Of a stretch of 64,000 nucleotides of DNA, positions 36,635 to 50,426 are shown in pieces. Positions within the stretch are counted from its first letter, which is position 1. Each line of letters starts with the position of its first letter. Origin of the DNA: Stegostoma tigrinum (lineage: Eukaryota); the NCBI RefSeq assembly GCF_030684315.1, contig NC_081379.1, positions 42,406,381 through 42,470,380 of the forward strand, read 5' to 3'. A program made the position numbers and the translations under genes. The notes under the pieces were generated by a model. The model was not told the origin of the DNA. It saw only the letters and a program-made list of their open reading frames with translations, and ran no database searches.

Positions 36635-38714
36635 ACTTCCCGAGACAGTTTGTCAAAAAAGTCAGCCACTTTGCTCCGGAAAGCGTCTGAAGACTTTAAA
36701 TTATACCCGAAAGTGCTGGGATGCTTCACCATGTAGGGGCCGCCACGGCAGAAAGCGTGATAACTGCAACACTTTTGCCTGGAAGAGGACAGGAAGCAAG
36801 GCAGAACAGCACCAGCCCCTGCAGGAGGGTTAGGCGGAACCCCTGCTCCCTGCGGATGGATTGCATTCCTCATGGTCTCCCCCTTTGGATTTGGTGTACT
36901 TTTGTTTTATTTCAAACGTACATTTTAGTCATATAGTATCTTTGCATACAGAGTAGTCGCCAAAACAGTTCTGTTCTGCACAGTAGCATCTGAAGAAATA
37001 AACAAACATTAGAGTTTGACTCTACGTAGCAAACAAACCAAAAGCATTTCTTACTTATACAAGACACAGAGGAGACCTGTACAGGCCACCCCTCAGTCCC
37101 AGAGCCATCCTGGAATATAGTACTGGCCAAAATAGCCCACACTTTCGGTGGGAGTATTTGCGAGAAACTCCGCAATACTTAGGACGTCCTAGTGTTTGAG
37201 TGCAAAACCTACAGAGGTCTGTTCAACACCACCAGGCAATTTCTAGTTATGATAATCGATAATTAGGACCTAATCTGTGCATTAAACTCAGATTTGCATG
37301 CACGTTGCAAACCCGTTTTCCCATCCTTAGAATGTCTCCTCCTGACTGCGAGTTACCGTACGAGCGAAAACATTCAAATCAAAACGCAGAGTTAGTGAGC
37401 CGCAGATGCTTACTGAGCGAAAAAAACTCGTGAGGTTAAATCAGTTTATGACGAATCGCCAACCCCGAGTTACACTGCTGTAACTCCAAACGCCTTCGTT
37501 TTATGCAATTGTTCACGCCGGGATTGCTACCTCCTCTTCGCTAGCTCTCAGAGGTTTCATATTCATCCCACATTTAGTTTCCCAAGTAACACGGCCCATT
37601 TTGGCCCACTTCCATTGCAAGAAGAACAGTCTGTAATAAAAATTAAACCTGCGAGAAAAGAAAGCTATTGTTCATTTTCTCACTAACCACGCTGTATAGT
37701 TGCGTGCAAACAGCGGCATGAGTCTGCGTAAATCACCCACATATATTCTCAAATGTAAAAGGAAACCAATAAAATTGCCCACGCTGTCTGTCAAAAACAC
37801 CTACAGGTGGTTTCTCTGTCTACGTTGTAACAGCAACACTGACCACTGCTCACCACTAAATGTTCATACTGTACGAGGGGATTGAGCTGCTTTATGAAAC
37901 GGGACCATCGAGATCTTTGTGAACACATGCATTCTAGATTTGAAATATATCCACCCAAGCACCATTCAAACAGACAAGGAAACGACAGTTTAAAAGTCTT
38001 TACTCCATAACTAATACAGGAAGGCTCCTATATTTGAAAGAATTGTGCCACTGGATAAAAAATTCGATTAGTTTATATTCAGACACAGGATGCACACAGC
38101 ATTCATTTTCCCTCCCTAATTGCCCCAAAGAAGGTGGCAGTGAGCTGCCCAAAGCTGCCCCAAAGGATGAGCTGATTTCTTCAACCGTTAACAGGGGTAG
38201 CGACGCCTGAAGTGCAGTTAGTAAGGGAATTCCAGGATTTTAACCCGGTCTTGGAGAAGGAAAGTGGCTCCAGTTCCCTAGACGGTATGTAGCTTGTAGG
38301 GGAATACAAAGCTGCTGGTTTTCTCACGTGTGCGCTTCCTTTGCCCTCTGAGGTCTGCTGTCTGCACCCGAATTACATCTATTCATTGGTATGGACAAGA
38401 GTTCAAGCTTTGGCGATGATTAAGCGGAATCTTGACCCTGTCAGCCCAGAATTTCAACAGGTCTTCCCAATTCCCCCTGCATTACCTCATGTGTAAAAAG
38501 TCATTCAATCCATGTACCGTGGGAGACCATCGGGGAAAATTACAGACGAATTTTGCATTGGAAACATGGATATGAGAAAGAAAGATAGTAAGTGCCAAAA
38601 CCGAAGGGCATCAAATATTGAATGCTATCACTGTCACACTCTCAGTACATATTACTATCTGGTTATGGTACAGTTGCATTCTACTGATTTCATACCCTGA
38701 AGTGACCATTTAAA

Positions 38715-40280
38715 GTGTGAAGTGATTCATTTTGGAAAGTCGAATTTGAATGGAGAATACAGGGTTAATGGCAGGATTCTCGATAGTGTGGAGGAACAGA
38801 GGGATCTTGAGGTCCACACCCATAGATCCCTCAAAGTTGCTATCCAAGTTGATCAGGTTGTTAAGAAGGCATATGGTGTGTTGGCTTTCATTGGCAGGGG
38901 TATTGAGGTTAAGAGCCGTGAGTTTATGCTGCAGCTCTATAAAACTCTGGTTAGACCATACATGGAATATGGTGTTCAGTTCTGGTCACCTCGTTATAAG
39001 AAAGATGTGAAAGTTCTAGAGAAGGTGCAGAGGAGATTTACCAGGATGCTGCCTGGACTGAAGGGCAGGTCAGATGAGGAAAGGTTGACTGAGCTAGGGC
39101 TTTTTTCATTGGAGCAAAGAAGGATGAGAGGTGACTAGATAGAGGTGTACAAGACGATGAGGAGCAGATAGAATGGATAGTCAAAGACTTTTCCCAGGGA
39201 GGAAATGACTATTACGAGGGGGCATAATTTTAAGGTGATCGGAGGAAGGTATTGGGCGATGTCAGAGATAGGTTCTTCACACAGAGAGTGGTGGGTGTGT
39301 GGAATGTTCTGCAGCAGTGGTAGTGGGGTCAGATACTTTAGAATCTTTTAAGTGATTCTTGGATTGGCACTTGTATCAGGTTCGTTTTTGGAGACCCTCA
39401 CGGACTTGCTGCAATAACAAGACACTGGCCTGTTTAGAAAAACACAAATCCTTTTATTACAGAGCAAGTTCAAGCTGTGGAGAATCATTGTACTTAACCC
39501 GGCACAGAGTGCAGAGTCTTGTAAGTAATTCTCCCCGAGCAGTGGACAGTCCCCGCTTTTTATACTTTACAAAAGACATGATACATAAAACGATTTCACA
39601 ATTTACAATGACATGATACATGAAACAATTACTACAACAGACAAAAACAGGATACCAAACAATTACTACATCAACAACATAAAAGACCAGCATATAGTAT
39701 CAATTGCTAGTGAAGTAGCTGCTAATGGCATGAGGCGATTTCGAGTTGTTGTCCGGGACAGATTATGATTTCAAATTGCCAGTGTGTCTTGCTAGGACAA
39801 AGTCAGTGCCCTGGCCCCTTTGCCAGCGACTGAAGTTACATGCTTTAGAGGTTTCACACCTTTACAAATTTTCCCCACCTAACCCTATTTGAAACAGTTT
39901 GATTCTAATTTTAATTCAGTCAGGAAGCTTAAGACAGTGTCTGCATACCGATGGGTGAGAAGATAAGGAGTTACAAAAGCTTTACACTGAATTCCTAGCT
40001 GGGCAGGAAGCTTCAGGGCAGTGCCTGCATACCGATGTGTCGGTAGATAAAAGACTTTACTTCTAAAAATTAAAGTCTCTGCATAGGAATCAAATGCAGA
40101 TAAAAGACTTTAATTTTTAGAAGTATAGAAATCAATGGGACGTTATCACATTAACATCTCACTTGGAGGATAGCAAAGTGTAGGGTATGCAGGGTAGATT
40201 GATCTTAGTAGAATAATAGGTCGGCACAACATCGTGGGCCAAAGGGCCTGTACTGTGCTGTACTGTTCTATGTTCTATGT
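38715..40280 (+). mobile_element. CR1-group LINE 3' portion split by a solo LTR
   Basis: 138-aa ORF2 piece (LYKTLVRPYMEYGVQFWSP); resumes at 40160 and ends in (ttctatg)n. Confidence 0.9.
39372..40159 (-). mobile_element. Solo LTR inserted in CR1
   Basis: TSD cact(tg) at 39368 and 40160. On the - strand it shows TATA-like gtataaaaag, AATAAA and a terminal ...gataCA, plus an internal ~45-bp tandem duplication and a 21-bp inverted repeat. Confidence 0.7.
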
Positions 40281-43200
40281 TTGACAATGCTATTGGTAAA
40301 GTTACTTGTAATATGTTGATAAACAAGAAACACATTAATTTGCTTTTGCGTCCACATCCAATTCACTCATTTAAACAAAAAAACACATCTAAACGTATTT
40401 TATTAATATTCCCCAAAAGCTTAATTCCATCAAATCAAGATGGCTATCAGGATAATGAGATATGTTATGTTGTAAATGTCCAGCTCAATAATCGGGAACA
40501 AAAGCAACAAAATAAAAAACCAAAAGAACTGCGGATTCGTAAATCAGAAACAAAAAGCATAAGTTGCCGGAAAAGATCAGCAGGTTTGGCAGCATCTGTG
40601 CGGAGAAATCAGAGTTAACTTTTCGGGTCCAGTGACCCTTCAGGAAAGGGAATGATATGGGTGCTATAGAGAATTATAAACACCACATTTAAAAAGAAAC
40701 TAATCTGAATAAAGGAGATGTATGATTTCATTGGTTTTGCAGGAGTGAAAAATAACTCTACATTACAGGGCAAGACTTTCATTTTTGCTCAAGGTGAGAA
40801 TATATTGATACATATGCTTCTAAAGCTGAGAATTTAATAAAATATAACACCTTCTCACCGCAACATAGTTCTCATCATAGCACGGGACTTAGGTGTACTT
40901 GCGCCATCAATGCTAACTTAGTAATAGCAAGACAGATCTTAAAGGTCACATCTGCTAAACTGCATTTGTATGCCACATCCTCTGTTTGCAGAATAAAAAC
41001 TGCAATGTGATATGCAGAATGTTTTCTGACCAGAACATTTTTTTAAAAACCCTATACATGATTAAAGTGTGAATTTAACGAAAATGAATGGAGGATATCA
41101 AGGTCTTGCATCAGGTAGGTGTAATATTTGCAATTGAGTGTATTCTCATGACTGTGCTGCAGTTTGAATTCTATATCAACTCCATCACAAAGTTCACTAC
41201 TTAGATTTTTCATCTTCCTGCATCCTCCTGCCCATACTCTCAGCCCTGCTGTTGTTGCCTCCTGAACAGGCTGTACAATACCACTCTGGCAAAGTCTAAC
41301 ATATTCCATTCGCCATAAAATGTAGCTCACCCCTAAACTCTGCTACATATTATCCACCTGGCACCAAGTTCCAATTAACCCCTTTGCTTTCTGACTTACC
41401 ATGTCTCCTGATCCATCAACACATTGAATTTAAATTTCTCCACTACCTGGTCAGAGCCTTGGAGTTTTTTTTCTTGTGTGAGTTCACAGGTAAATGTTTC
41501 TTCCCCTTCCATGAGAAGGTTGAGATAAATTTCTAGTTAGAACCTTGTGGAGAGGTGTAAGCAAACCTGCCTGACCCTTAACATTGCAATCATGGTCATT
41601 ATAATTCCCTAGTGCTCTTATTTACAATGAAAATGTAAAGAAACAGAACTGCCAATCTTACCTACACATGCCCAGTTCCATTAGCACGCTTTATAATCAA
41701 CTGGCCACTGATGTGTCCTGATAATTCATGGAGTTTTGATACGTGCGTCAATATGTGTGGAGTTAAAGTGGATAATCTCTTCAAAAATCTTTTGTGAATG
41801 TGGTATATTTTGTTTGGCTAGAGTTTATAGCCCATTTATAATTATTCTGGGAGGGTGGTGGTGAGCTGCCTTTTTGAAATGACTCAGTCCACCTTATATA
41901 TGGGACTTGGTGTGTTACTGTAGTGCATCTAACAGATGGTTCAGACTGCTGCCAATTGAGTTGGTGGTGAAGGGAAGAAGAGCTGAAGGGTCTACATATG
42001 ATGACAATGAAGTGGGATGCTTCGTTTTGAATGGCACTGAATTTTTTGAAGGTTGTAGTAACTGTACCTATCCAGGCAGGTGGACAATATTCCTTGACAT
42101 TCCTGACTTGTACCTTATAGAGACTGGGGAGTCAGGAGATCAGTTATTGCAGTTTTTACTCTTTTGTTTTGCTCTTGTGGACACTGTCTAGCTTGCCCAA
42201 GCCCCTCAGGATGGTGATATTGGAGCATTCAGAGATGGTAATGACACTAGTGTTGAGGAAGAGATTTTTTTTCTTGTTGGTGAAGGCCATTGACGAGCAT
42301 TTGTGTTACATGCTGTTGGACGTTTTCCAAGTCTTGCTACGTTTGAATTTTAACTGCTACATTGTCTGAGGAGTCATCAATGGCGGTGAAATATTGTGCA
42401 AGCATTCCTGATTTTGACCTCATGATGGAGGGAAGGTATAGATGAAGCAGCTGAAAATGGTCGGGCCACGCTGAAAACAGTTGCAGTAATGTCCTTAGGC
42501 TGAGATAATTCACCTCCAGCAACCACAACCATCATCCCTCATGCTAGGTGTGAATCCAACCGGTTGTGAGCTTTCCCCTGATTCTCAGAGATTCCAGTTT
42601 TACTCGGGCCATATTGTCAAATGTTGCCTTGATGTCCAGACAGTTACTCTCATCTTACTTCTGGTATTCAACTGTTATAGAGAATCATAGAAGCAGAGAA
42701 TTGTATGGTACAGAAGGAGGCCATTCAGCCTAATGTGTCTGTACAGGCTCCCAAAAGAGCTCCTATTTTTCAACCTTACCTCCATAAACATCTCAATTCA
42801 TCACTTTCAAATGTATATTGTCCGTGTTTGAACAATGATTTTAATTAGATCATAGGCTGACGGACTTATGTTGGAGCCCAAACAGAGCACCCATGACAGG
42901 TTATTCTTTTAATTTGTCTCGCTTTATGTGGACAGGAAATATATGAGCAATCTTCTACCTTGTCAGGTAAATGCCAATGTTTCCAATGCACTTTAACAGC
43001 CTGGTTTGGGCATGGCTAGTTCCACAGCACAAATCCTCAGGACCATTGCCCGAGATTTTCAGGGCCCATAACCTGTGAAATATCCATTGCCCTCAGCTAC
43101 TTATTCGTATCATACAGAATGAATCAAATTGACCGAAGACTGGCGCCTGTAATGCTGGGAGCCTCAGAAAGAGGCCAGGGTGGCTGATCCATTTGGCACT

Positions 43201-45634
43201 TCTGGCTGAAGATGGATGCAAAGGTTTCCACCTTATATTCAGCACCGATGTGCTGGGCTCTCCTATTACTAAGGATGGGATTGTTTTTTCTCTGTCTCCT
43301 CCTCTCATTCATTGGCTAATTGTCCACCACCATTCATAACAGGATGTGGCAATATTGCAGATGTTTGGCCTAATCCAATGGGTTTGCTCAACCGGTTTAT
43401 TGCCTACTACTTCAACTGTTTGACATGTAAGTATTTCTGTGTCATTGATGCATAATGTTACACCTCATTTTTAGATATGCCTGACACTGTTCAGGAATGT
43501 CCAATTTCATTGGTGGTCAATTAATTTCATCCTAAACAGTCTTCCATTTTTATTCACAAATTAACACCATTTGGATTGTTTACTTTAACTCTTTTTTAAA
43601 CTGAAATTTAAAGATTTAAATTGATTTGTCCTTTAAACTTCACTTGAATTTCCCATTGCATGCTTAAACTAGCAACTTGTATCTACTAATGTTCTCGATC
43701 CTAATTTCAGATACAACATGCCCAGGCTTGAAGTAATGCTCTTATATTGGAGATCGAAGTGATTACAGTCAGCCTGATATTCACCTGTTTTCAAAAACTT
43801 GATCTTTGCAAGACTTCAAGCTCTCTTGTTGGTTTCTTGAAACTAGTTCAAAAACAAAATAAAAATCTGGAAAAAGCTCAGTGAGTTAATAACATCTATA
43901 TGATACGTCTCACCACACAGACATTGTGTGAGAAGATATAAAACTGTTTGCAGAATGAGTTAACTCTCCAGGCCTCAGAAAGCGCAGGACCCAAGTCATC
44001 AAATGATATCATGTCATTCTTTCTTTTGATGTTTTGATGTCCTGAGCTGGAGAGAGACAGCACGCAAGAATAATAACTGTATGGCTGAATTGCCTTCATC
44101 AAGGATGTGGTTATGAGATGCTACCTATATTGGAACAGTTGATGATTAGTGGTGAAATAATACTTTATCTTGGTAATTATTTCAATGGAATAAAGTTATG
44201 CCAGCTCTTAGTTTTGTTACTTTTTAACTGTTTTGAAAGAGTAAAGTGTGTTTCGATTGAAGTTTAGGAGTGAACCAATCAAATGACATCTGGAAAAGTC
44301 CATACTGTAGACTGTGTTTGAAAAAATATAAAACCTTCATTAAGAACACGACAGAAGAAAGTTGGAATAGTGAGGGATGGAGACAGAGCAAAACGCTTGG
44401 TGGTTAGGTCAAAGAAAGGAACAGGCACAGAAAGGGTTAATCATCCTGGCAGCACTAAGCAAGTGCAGAGACAAGCTAAGAAGTGAGATGAGATCAAGGG
44501 AAACATTCCCCAAGAGGTGTCATGTTTTCAGTGCTGCCATCAATACCATCAAAGTCAGAACTGCCTGACAATTCTTGCCTGTATACATGAGCCGGGGTGG
44601 GGGGGGGCAGCAGTGACAATAGGTCTGACACTGAACAAGTGATATATGGGCGTGATGATGGGCATAGATTCAGGGACTGGTCACCCCCGCTTCTCAAAGC
44701 ACCAGTTCATACTAAATACACCACAAACCCCCAAAATGAGCTGGTCGAGTTAAGAATGGAAATCCACCCCACTGACCCCAGGCACTACTAGATGCCACCC
44801 CCAAAGCTCAAAAGAAATGAAGCCAAGTCAGAGTTTTGGGAAAAAATAGATGAGTTCGCTGAGAGGCAAAGACCTGCAAGCTCTCACCAGAACCGAAATC
44901 CTTGGGGTTGTGTGGGAAAATGTAAGGGGAGCCTTTCATGACTGTGTTTAGGTTACACAGCAGGATGGACATCAGCCCAGAAATGGGAATTGTTTAGGAG
45001 AGCCTGCACCTGAGCGCTGAGCAAATCCGTCCCCAATTGGACAAGGGTGGCCTTGGTCACCCAGTGAAAAGGGGAACCAGTGGATGATTATGCCAAATGC
45101 AAGTTCACAGTGTACAAAGAATGTGGGGGTCTTAACAATCCTCTTCGGGGCAATGAGATCTTTATCCAGCAATTTCAAGATGGATTGGATCCATACTTGA
45201 AACCTATGATTGACCTAGGGTTGCCGATTCAAAATAACTTTAAGGAGATTGGGTTACACGAGCAGAAAGTAACCAAAGGAGTGTTAAGCAGTAGTACCAG
45301 TGAACTCACACCAGCAGGAAGCTGATGGGTCACAAAAAAAGGGAGCATGCTTTGTGCACAATAAGGGAGGGCATGTTTGCCAAAAATTGACCCAATAGGA
45401 CCAGTAAATGTGAGAACTGTGGGAAATGAGGACACAAAAAAAAGATTTCTGGTGCCATGGGGTAAGTAAGCACAGGGAGGGACCAAAACAGACTCAGGGC
45501 AATCCCCAAATAGTTGCTAATGGCAACAGCAGGGGAGTTTCAGAAACTAATCATGGGCAAGCAATGGGTAGCGGTCCTCGGAAAAAATGAAGGGGATAAC
45601 CCGATGTATGTAAACACACTATTGGGGGCCGGCA

Positions 45635-48600
45635 GTGTTAGTCGACACCAGATCATCTATCTTTATTATGGATCAGGATTCGCAATTAACAAATAAAACT
45701 TTGAAAATACAGGGTCTCGGTAGCAGTACTCAACTAGTCACCCTCAGCCAGCAGATTGAAATAAGAATTGCAGATTACATGATCAATGCCTGTATTTATG
45801 TGTGTAAATATACTGAAGATAACACATTAGGGATGGCCTTGTTGGAACAATTTGGAGCTGTAATTAACATACGAGAAGTAAAAATTGATTGGGATTGCTG
45901 GCTTAAATTTAGAAAGCCAAGGATTGCATGTTTCTTTCAGAGTATCTGTGCTGCCATAATTGAGTGGGAACGAGACCCTGAGAGTCCCTACAATAAATAA
46001 GCAATGATGTGCCCCAAATTTTGGGCAACCACCAAAACTGAGTGCAGGAGATTAGATATTAAACCAATTCAAATACCTGGAAATGTACAACCAACTAAAA
46101 GGCAGTACCCGATCAGGCCTGAAGCCTTTGAGGCAATTATAGAGATTGTGAAAGATTTAGAGAAGCATGGAATAACAAAAGAAAACGTTCCAAACTAATT
46201 CCCCAACTTGGCCAGTGGAAAAAAACACCTAAAAGATTCTACAGACATACAATTGACTATACCAGTTTAAACAAACATGCAGGTAAGACTGTGCACCTTG
46301 TGGGAGACCCCAATGCGATAATGAACAACATAGGGCCTGAAATCAAGATCTTTAAGGTTCTAGACATAGCAAACAGATTCTGAGCTGTGCCTATGGACCC
46401 TGAACACCAGTATAAATTTGCCTCTATCATAGATGACAGGCAGTTATATGTGTTATAGTTCTCCAGGCAATGTCAGCTGTAATAGCAAAAGTTCCCAAAA
46501 TAGATTGTATGATATTACAATATGTTAACAACATCTTGCTGCTTCTACATGTAAGAAAAAAAATTATAGGATGGTACTGAAAGTGTTAAAAACAATCAAA
46601 GCATTTGGATTGAAAATAAACCTGAAGAAATCACAGCTAGGCAAACTGGAAGTTTCTTACCACAAAGGGTGATGCAAGACAACTGGAGCATTCCATCAGA
46701 AAGAAAGACCACATTATTGCAGATGAAAAGACCAGTGACTCTTAAAGGGGTAAGACTAGCATAAGGGCTATATAACAGCTGCAGGAGCAGCTTTGTAGAA
46801 AATTACATCAAATTAGCCACATCTCTCCGAGACCTTACCAAATGAGGGTGGGCTTGCTCAGAGAAGATCGAATGGGGGCCTGAGCAGGAGAAGGCCTTTG
46901 TCAAGATCAAACAGACACTGGCCTCCGTACCAGCATTCGGACTCCCTGACCTGAAAAAGCCCTTTGACCTCTTTTTGCAGTGAAAGCAATGGCAATCAAT
47001 CTGCAGTAGTGTTACAGAGACACACAGACAAGCTCTGGCCTGTGAGACACTCCTCAGGAAAGATGGATCCAGTCATAATGGGACAACATTCATGTGCTCA
47101 AGCCATCCAATGCACTACCTGTATACTAATGATATCCTCTCCCTTGACGCAACAAGTGAAGGTGATATTATACTGTTCACTTAGTATAGTCCAGCTGCTG
47201 AAAGCTGGCAGACTGAGAGGTGTTACAGACAGTCAGTGAGCCAACTGGGAAGCCACACTCTTTCCAGGAGACGAGCATATGGAAGTGGTTAAAGATAACA
47301 GAGAGAACCCAGCGAGCTATGTGAATCAGGAAGGAGAGAAACATAATTGCATCCCGTTCATGAAACAGGAAGAAGGAAGACAGGTTTGTGTTAACAAAGA
47401 GCCATTAGTGGGTCCAGATGGGAAATGCATGTTTATAGATGGGACGTGGAGGTATTATGATAGGGAGGGCCAGATAGGGTGGCTGTGGTTATTTTGGAAG
47501 GGGAGATTTTGGCAGGAAAGGGGATAGAAGAATGTCACTCTGCCCAGGTAGCTGAACTAAAAGCACTTACTGTTGCCCTGAGGGTAGGAAGAGGGCAAAG
47601 GGTTAATATCTACAAAGATATTAGTGTAGTAGTGTAGTCCATGACTATGTGGTGACATGCGCAAGGTGAGATTATGCTACTTCCTGTGGTAGTTTAATTC
47701 AGCGTGAGAGCCTAATCAAGGACCTACCAACTGCAGCAATTGGACTACAGGAGGCATCAGTAATTAAAGTAAAAGCACACAGAAAGATTCAGACATGACT
47801 GCAGAGATGGAATGATTATGCACATAGTGCAGCAAAAGCCATGTTACAACAGGAAGTGATAACGATAGCAGCTGCGATAGACAAGAAGCCAAAGATGATG
47901 AATGAAACTCTTTAAATTTACAAGCGCCTGTGAGCTCAGAGGAAAATGTAAAATGGATTAAAGACGGGGCAACAATAAGAGCAGGCGATATTTAGAGAAA
48001 GGAAGGTAACATGGTAGTGCCCACATTATGCCAACAAACTCTATGGACTGTTTACCATGGATTGACACAGGTAGGGTGGGTTAAAATGATACAGCTAATA
48101 GAACATAGAACATAGAACATAGAACAGTACAGCACAGAACAGGCCCTTCAGCCCACAATGTTGTGCCGACCATTGATCCTCATGGATGCACCCTCAAATT
48201 TCTGTGACCATATGCATGTCCAGCAGTCTCTTAAATGACCCCAATGACCTTGCTTCCACAACTGCTGCTGGCAACGCATTCCATGCTCTCACAACTCTCT
48301 GCGTAAAGAACCTGCCTCTGACATCCCCTCTATACTTTCCACCAACCAGCTTAAAACTATGACCCCTCATGCTAGCCATTTCTGCCCTGGGAAATAGTCT
48401 CTGGCTATCGACTCTATCTATGCCTCTCATTATCTTGTATACCTCAATTAGGTCCCCTCTCCTCCTCCTTTTCTCCAATGAAAAGAGACCGAGCTCAGTC
48501 AACCTCTTTTCATAAGATAAGCCCTCCAGTCCAGGCAGCATCCTGGTAAACCTCCTCTGAACCCTCTCCAAAGCATCCACATCTTTCCTATAATAGGGCG

Positions 48601-49600
48601 CCCAGAACTGGACGCAGTATTCCAAGTGCTAATATTTAATCGTTGATGGCGAAAAGGAATGGGAAGCAACAATAGCTAAGTTTTACCAGAGGTGCACTAT
48701 GTATGCACAGCCAGAATCAAGTCAAGGAATTAAAATGAAAATGAACCATCAGCCCTGCCCACAGGCACCATGGTAACACATTCAAATTGACTTTATAGGA
48801 CCACTCGCAACAAAATCAGAATAAGAAATTCTGCCTGATCATAGTCGACCAGTTTAGTAGATGCCTATAAGCTTTTCTCACAAAGGACTGTACTGCAACT
48901 TCAGTGGTAAAAATATTGGCAACTGAAATAATACCTAGGTTGGCGGGGAGTGGGGTAGGGAGCTGTTCCCCAGCAGCTAGACTCAGACCAATGAACCCAC
49001 TTCACAGGCAAGTGCCTGAAGGAAGCATGTAAACTGTTGGGAATAACACAAAGGTAAAGCTACCATATCCCCTGCCACCCACAGAGCTCAGGGATGATAG
49101 AAACAATAAATAGAACACTGAAAAATGATCTGATCAAGGCAATGATAGGAGCACGGGTTAAATGGACCCTTTGCCTACTGGCCATTCTCATAGCCCATAG
49201 GGCAACACCCTCGAAGATCACTGGACTAACACCCTCTGAGCTCATGAAAGAACGAGCAACGACATTCCCCAGGACCGAATCACAGTGGGGACAGAACTGA
49301 CTAACAGCAAGGGACAAGTCTGGGATTACATGAAATCCCTCTGTAAACATATACACACACTTCACTGATGGGCATAAGGCCAGCAGCTTGTTAAGGACTG
49401 GGAGTTTGAGGGACAGAAATGCCAGTGCCAGGATCAAGGGTCCTGTTGAAAATAATCCCATGCAAGGCAGCCTTGTCCCCTCGATGGGATGGACCTCACG
49501 AGCTAATATTAACAGGTAACAGAAACACACTTATTAATGAAAACTGAATTGGTAAATGGAGACGTCCTACACAACTTAGGGTATGTAAGGGTTAACAATA
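45635..49600 (+). pseudogene. Retroviral pro-pol (PR-RT-tether-RNase H-IN), many stops and frameshifts
   Basis: ORF pieces 45635-46000, 46004-46198, 46964-47239, 47279-47527 and 49094-49300 carry the motifs in retroviral order. Confidence 0.85.
48101..48627 (-). mobile_element. Young 5'-truncated CR1 LINE inserted in the ERV integrase
   Basis: Uninterrupted 143-aa ORF2 C-terminus (48194-48625), (tagaaca)n tail, TSD gctaata at 48094-48100 and 48628-48634. Confidence 0.92.
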
Positions 49601-49630
49601 TAACAGTCCAGTCTATTAGTTTGGTATCAG

Positions 49631-50250
49631 TGATAAGGGGAACTGCAAATGCTGGAGAATCCAAGATAATAAAATGTGAGGCTGGATGAACACAACAGGC
49701 CAAGCAGCATCTCAGGAGCACAAAAGCTGACGTTTCGGGCCTAGACCATTCATCAGAGAGGGGGAAGGGGGGAGGGAACTGGAATAAATAGGGAGAGAGG
49801 GGGAGGTGGACCGAAGATGGAGAGTAAAGAAGATAGGTGGAGAGGAGAGTATAGGTGGGGAGGTAGGGGGGGGATAGGTCAGTCCAGGGAAGACGGGCAG
49901 GTCAAGGAGGTGGGATGAGGTTAGTAGGTAGGAGATGGAGGTGCGGCTTGGGGTGGGAGGAAGGGATGGGTGAGAGGAAGAACAAGTTAGGGAGGCAGAG
50001 ACAGGCTGGGCTGGTTTTGGGATGCAGTGGGTGGAGGGGAAGAGCTGGGCTGGTTGTGTGGTGCAGTGGGGGGAGGGGACGAACTGGGCTGGTTTTGGGA
50101 TGCGGTGGGGGAAGGGGAGATTTTGAAGTTGGTGAAGTCCACATTGATACCATTAGGCCGCAGGGTTCCCAAGCGGAATATGAGTTGCTGTTCCTGCAAC
50201 CTTCGGGTGGCATCATTGTGGCACTGCAGGAGGCCCATGATGGACATGTG
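49631..50250 (-). mobile_element. Penelope-like 3' fragment with pLTR inserted between ERV pol and env
   Basis: Same pLTR as 6618; ORF end HMSIMGLLQCHNDATRRLQEQQLIFRLGTLRPNGINVDF. Confidence 0.85.
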
Positions 50251-50426
50251 TTTGGTATGCTTTCTCTCGCTCTCTTGCACATTCAAAAGGGCCCCCGTCT
50301 GGGCACAGCAACAAAGAGCAGTAACAGGATCCTCAACTTCAGGACAGTAACCAGAATAGTTTGAGGTTGCATGTGAACATATGTGATGCTGGGGAAGCTA
50401 TAATTAAGAATATGGCTGAAATTAGC

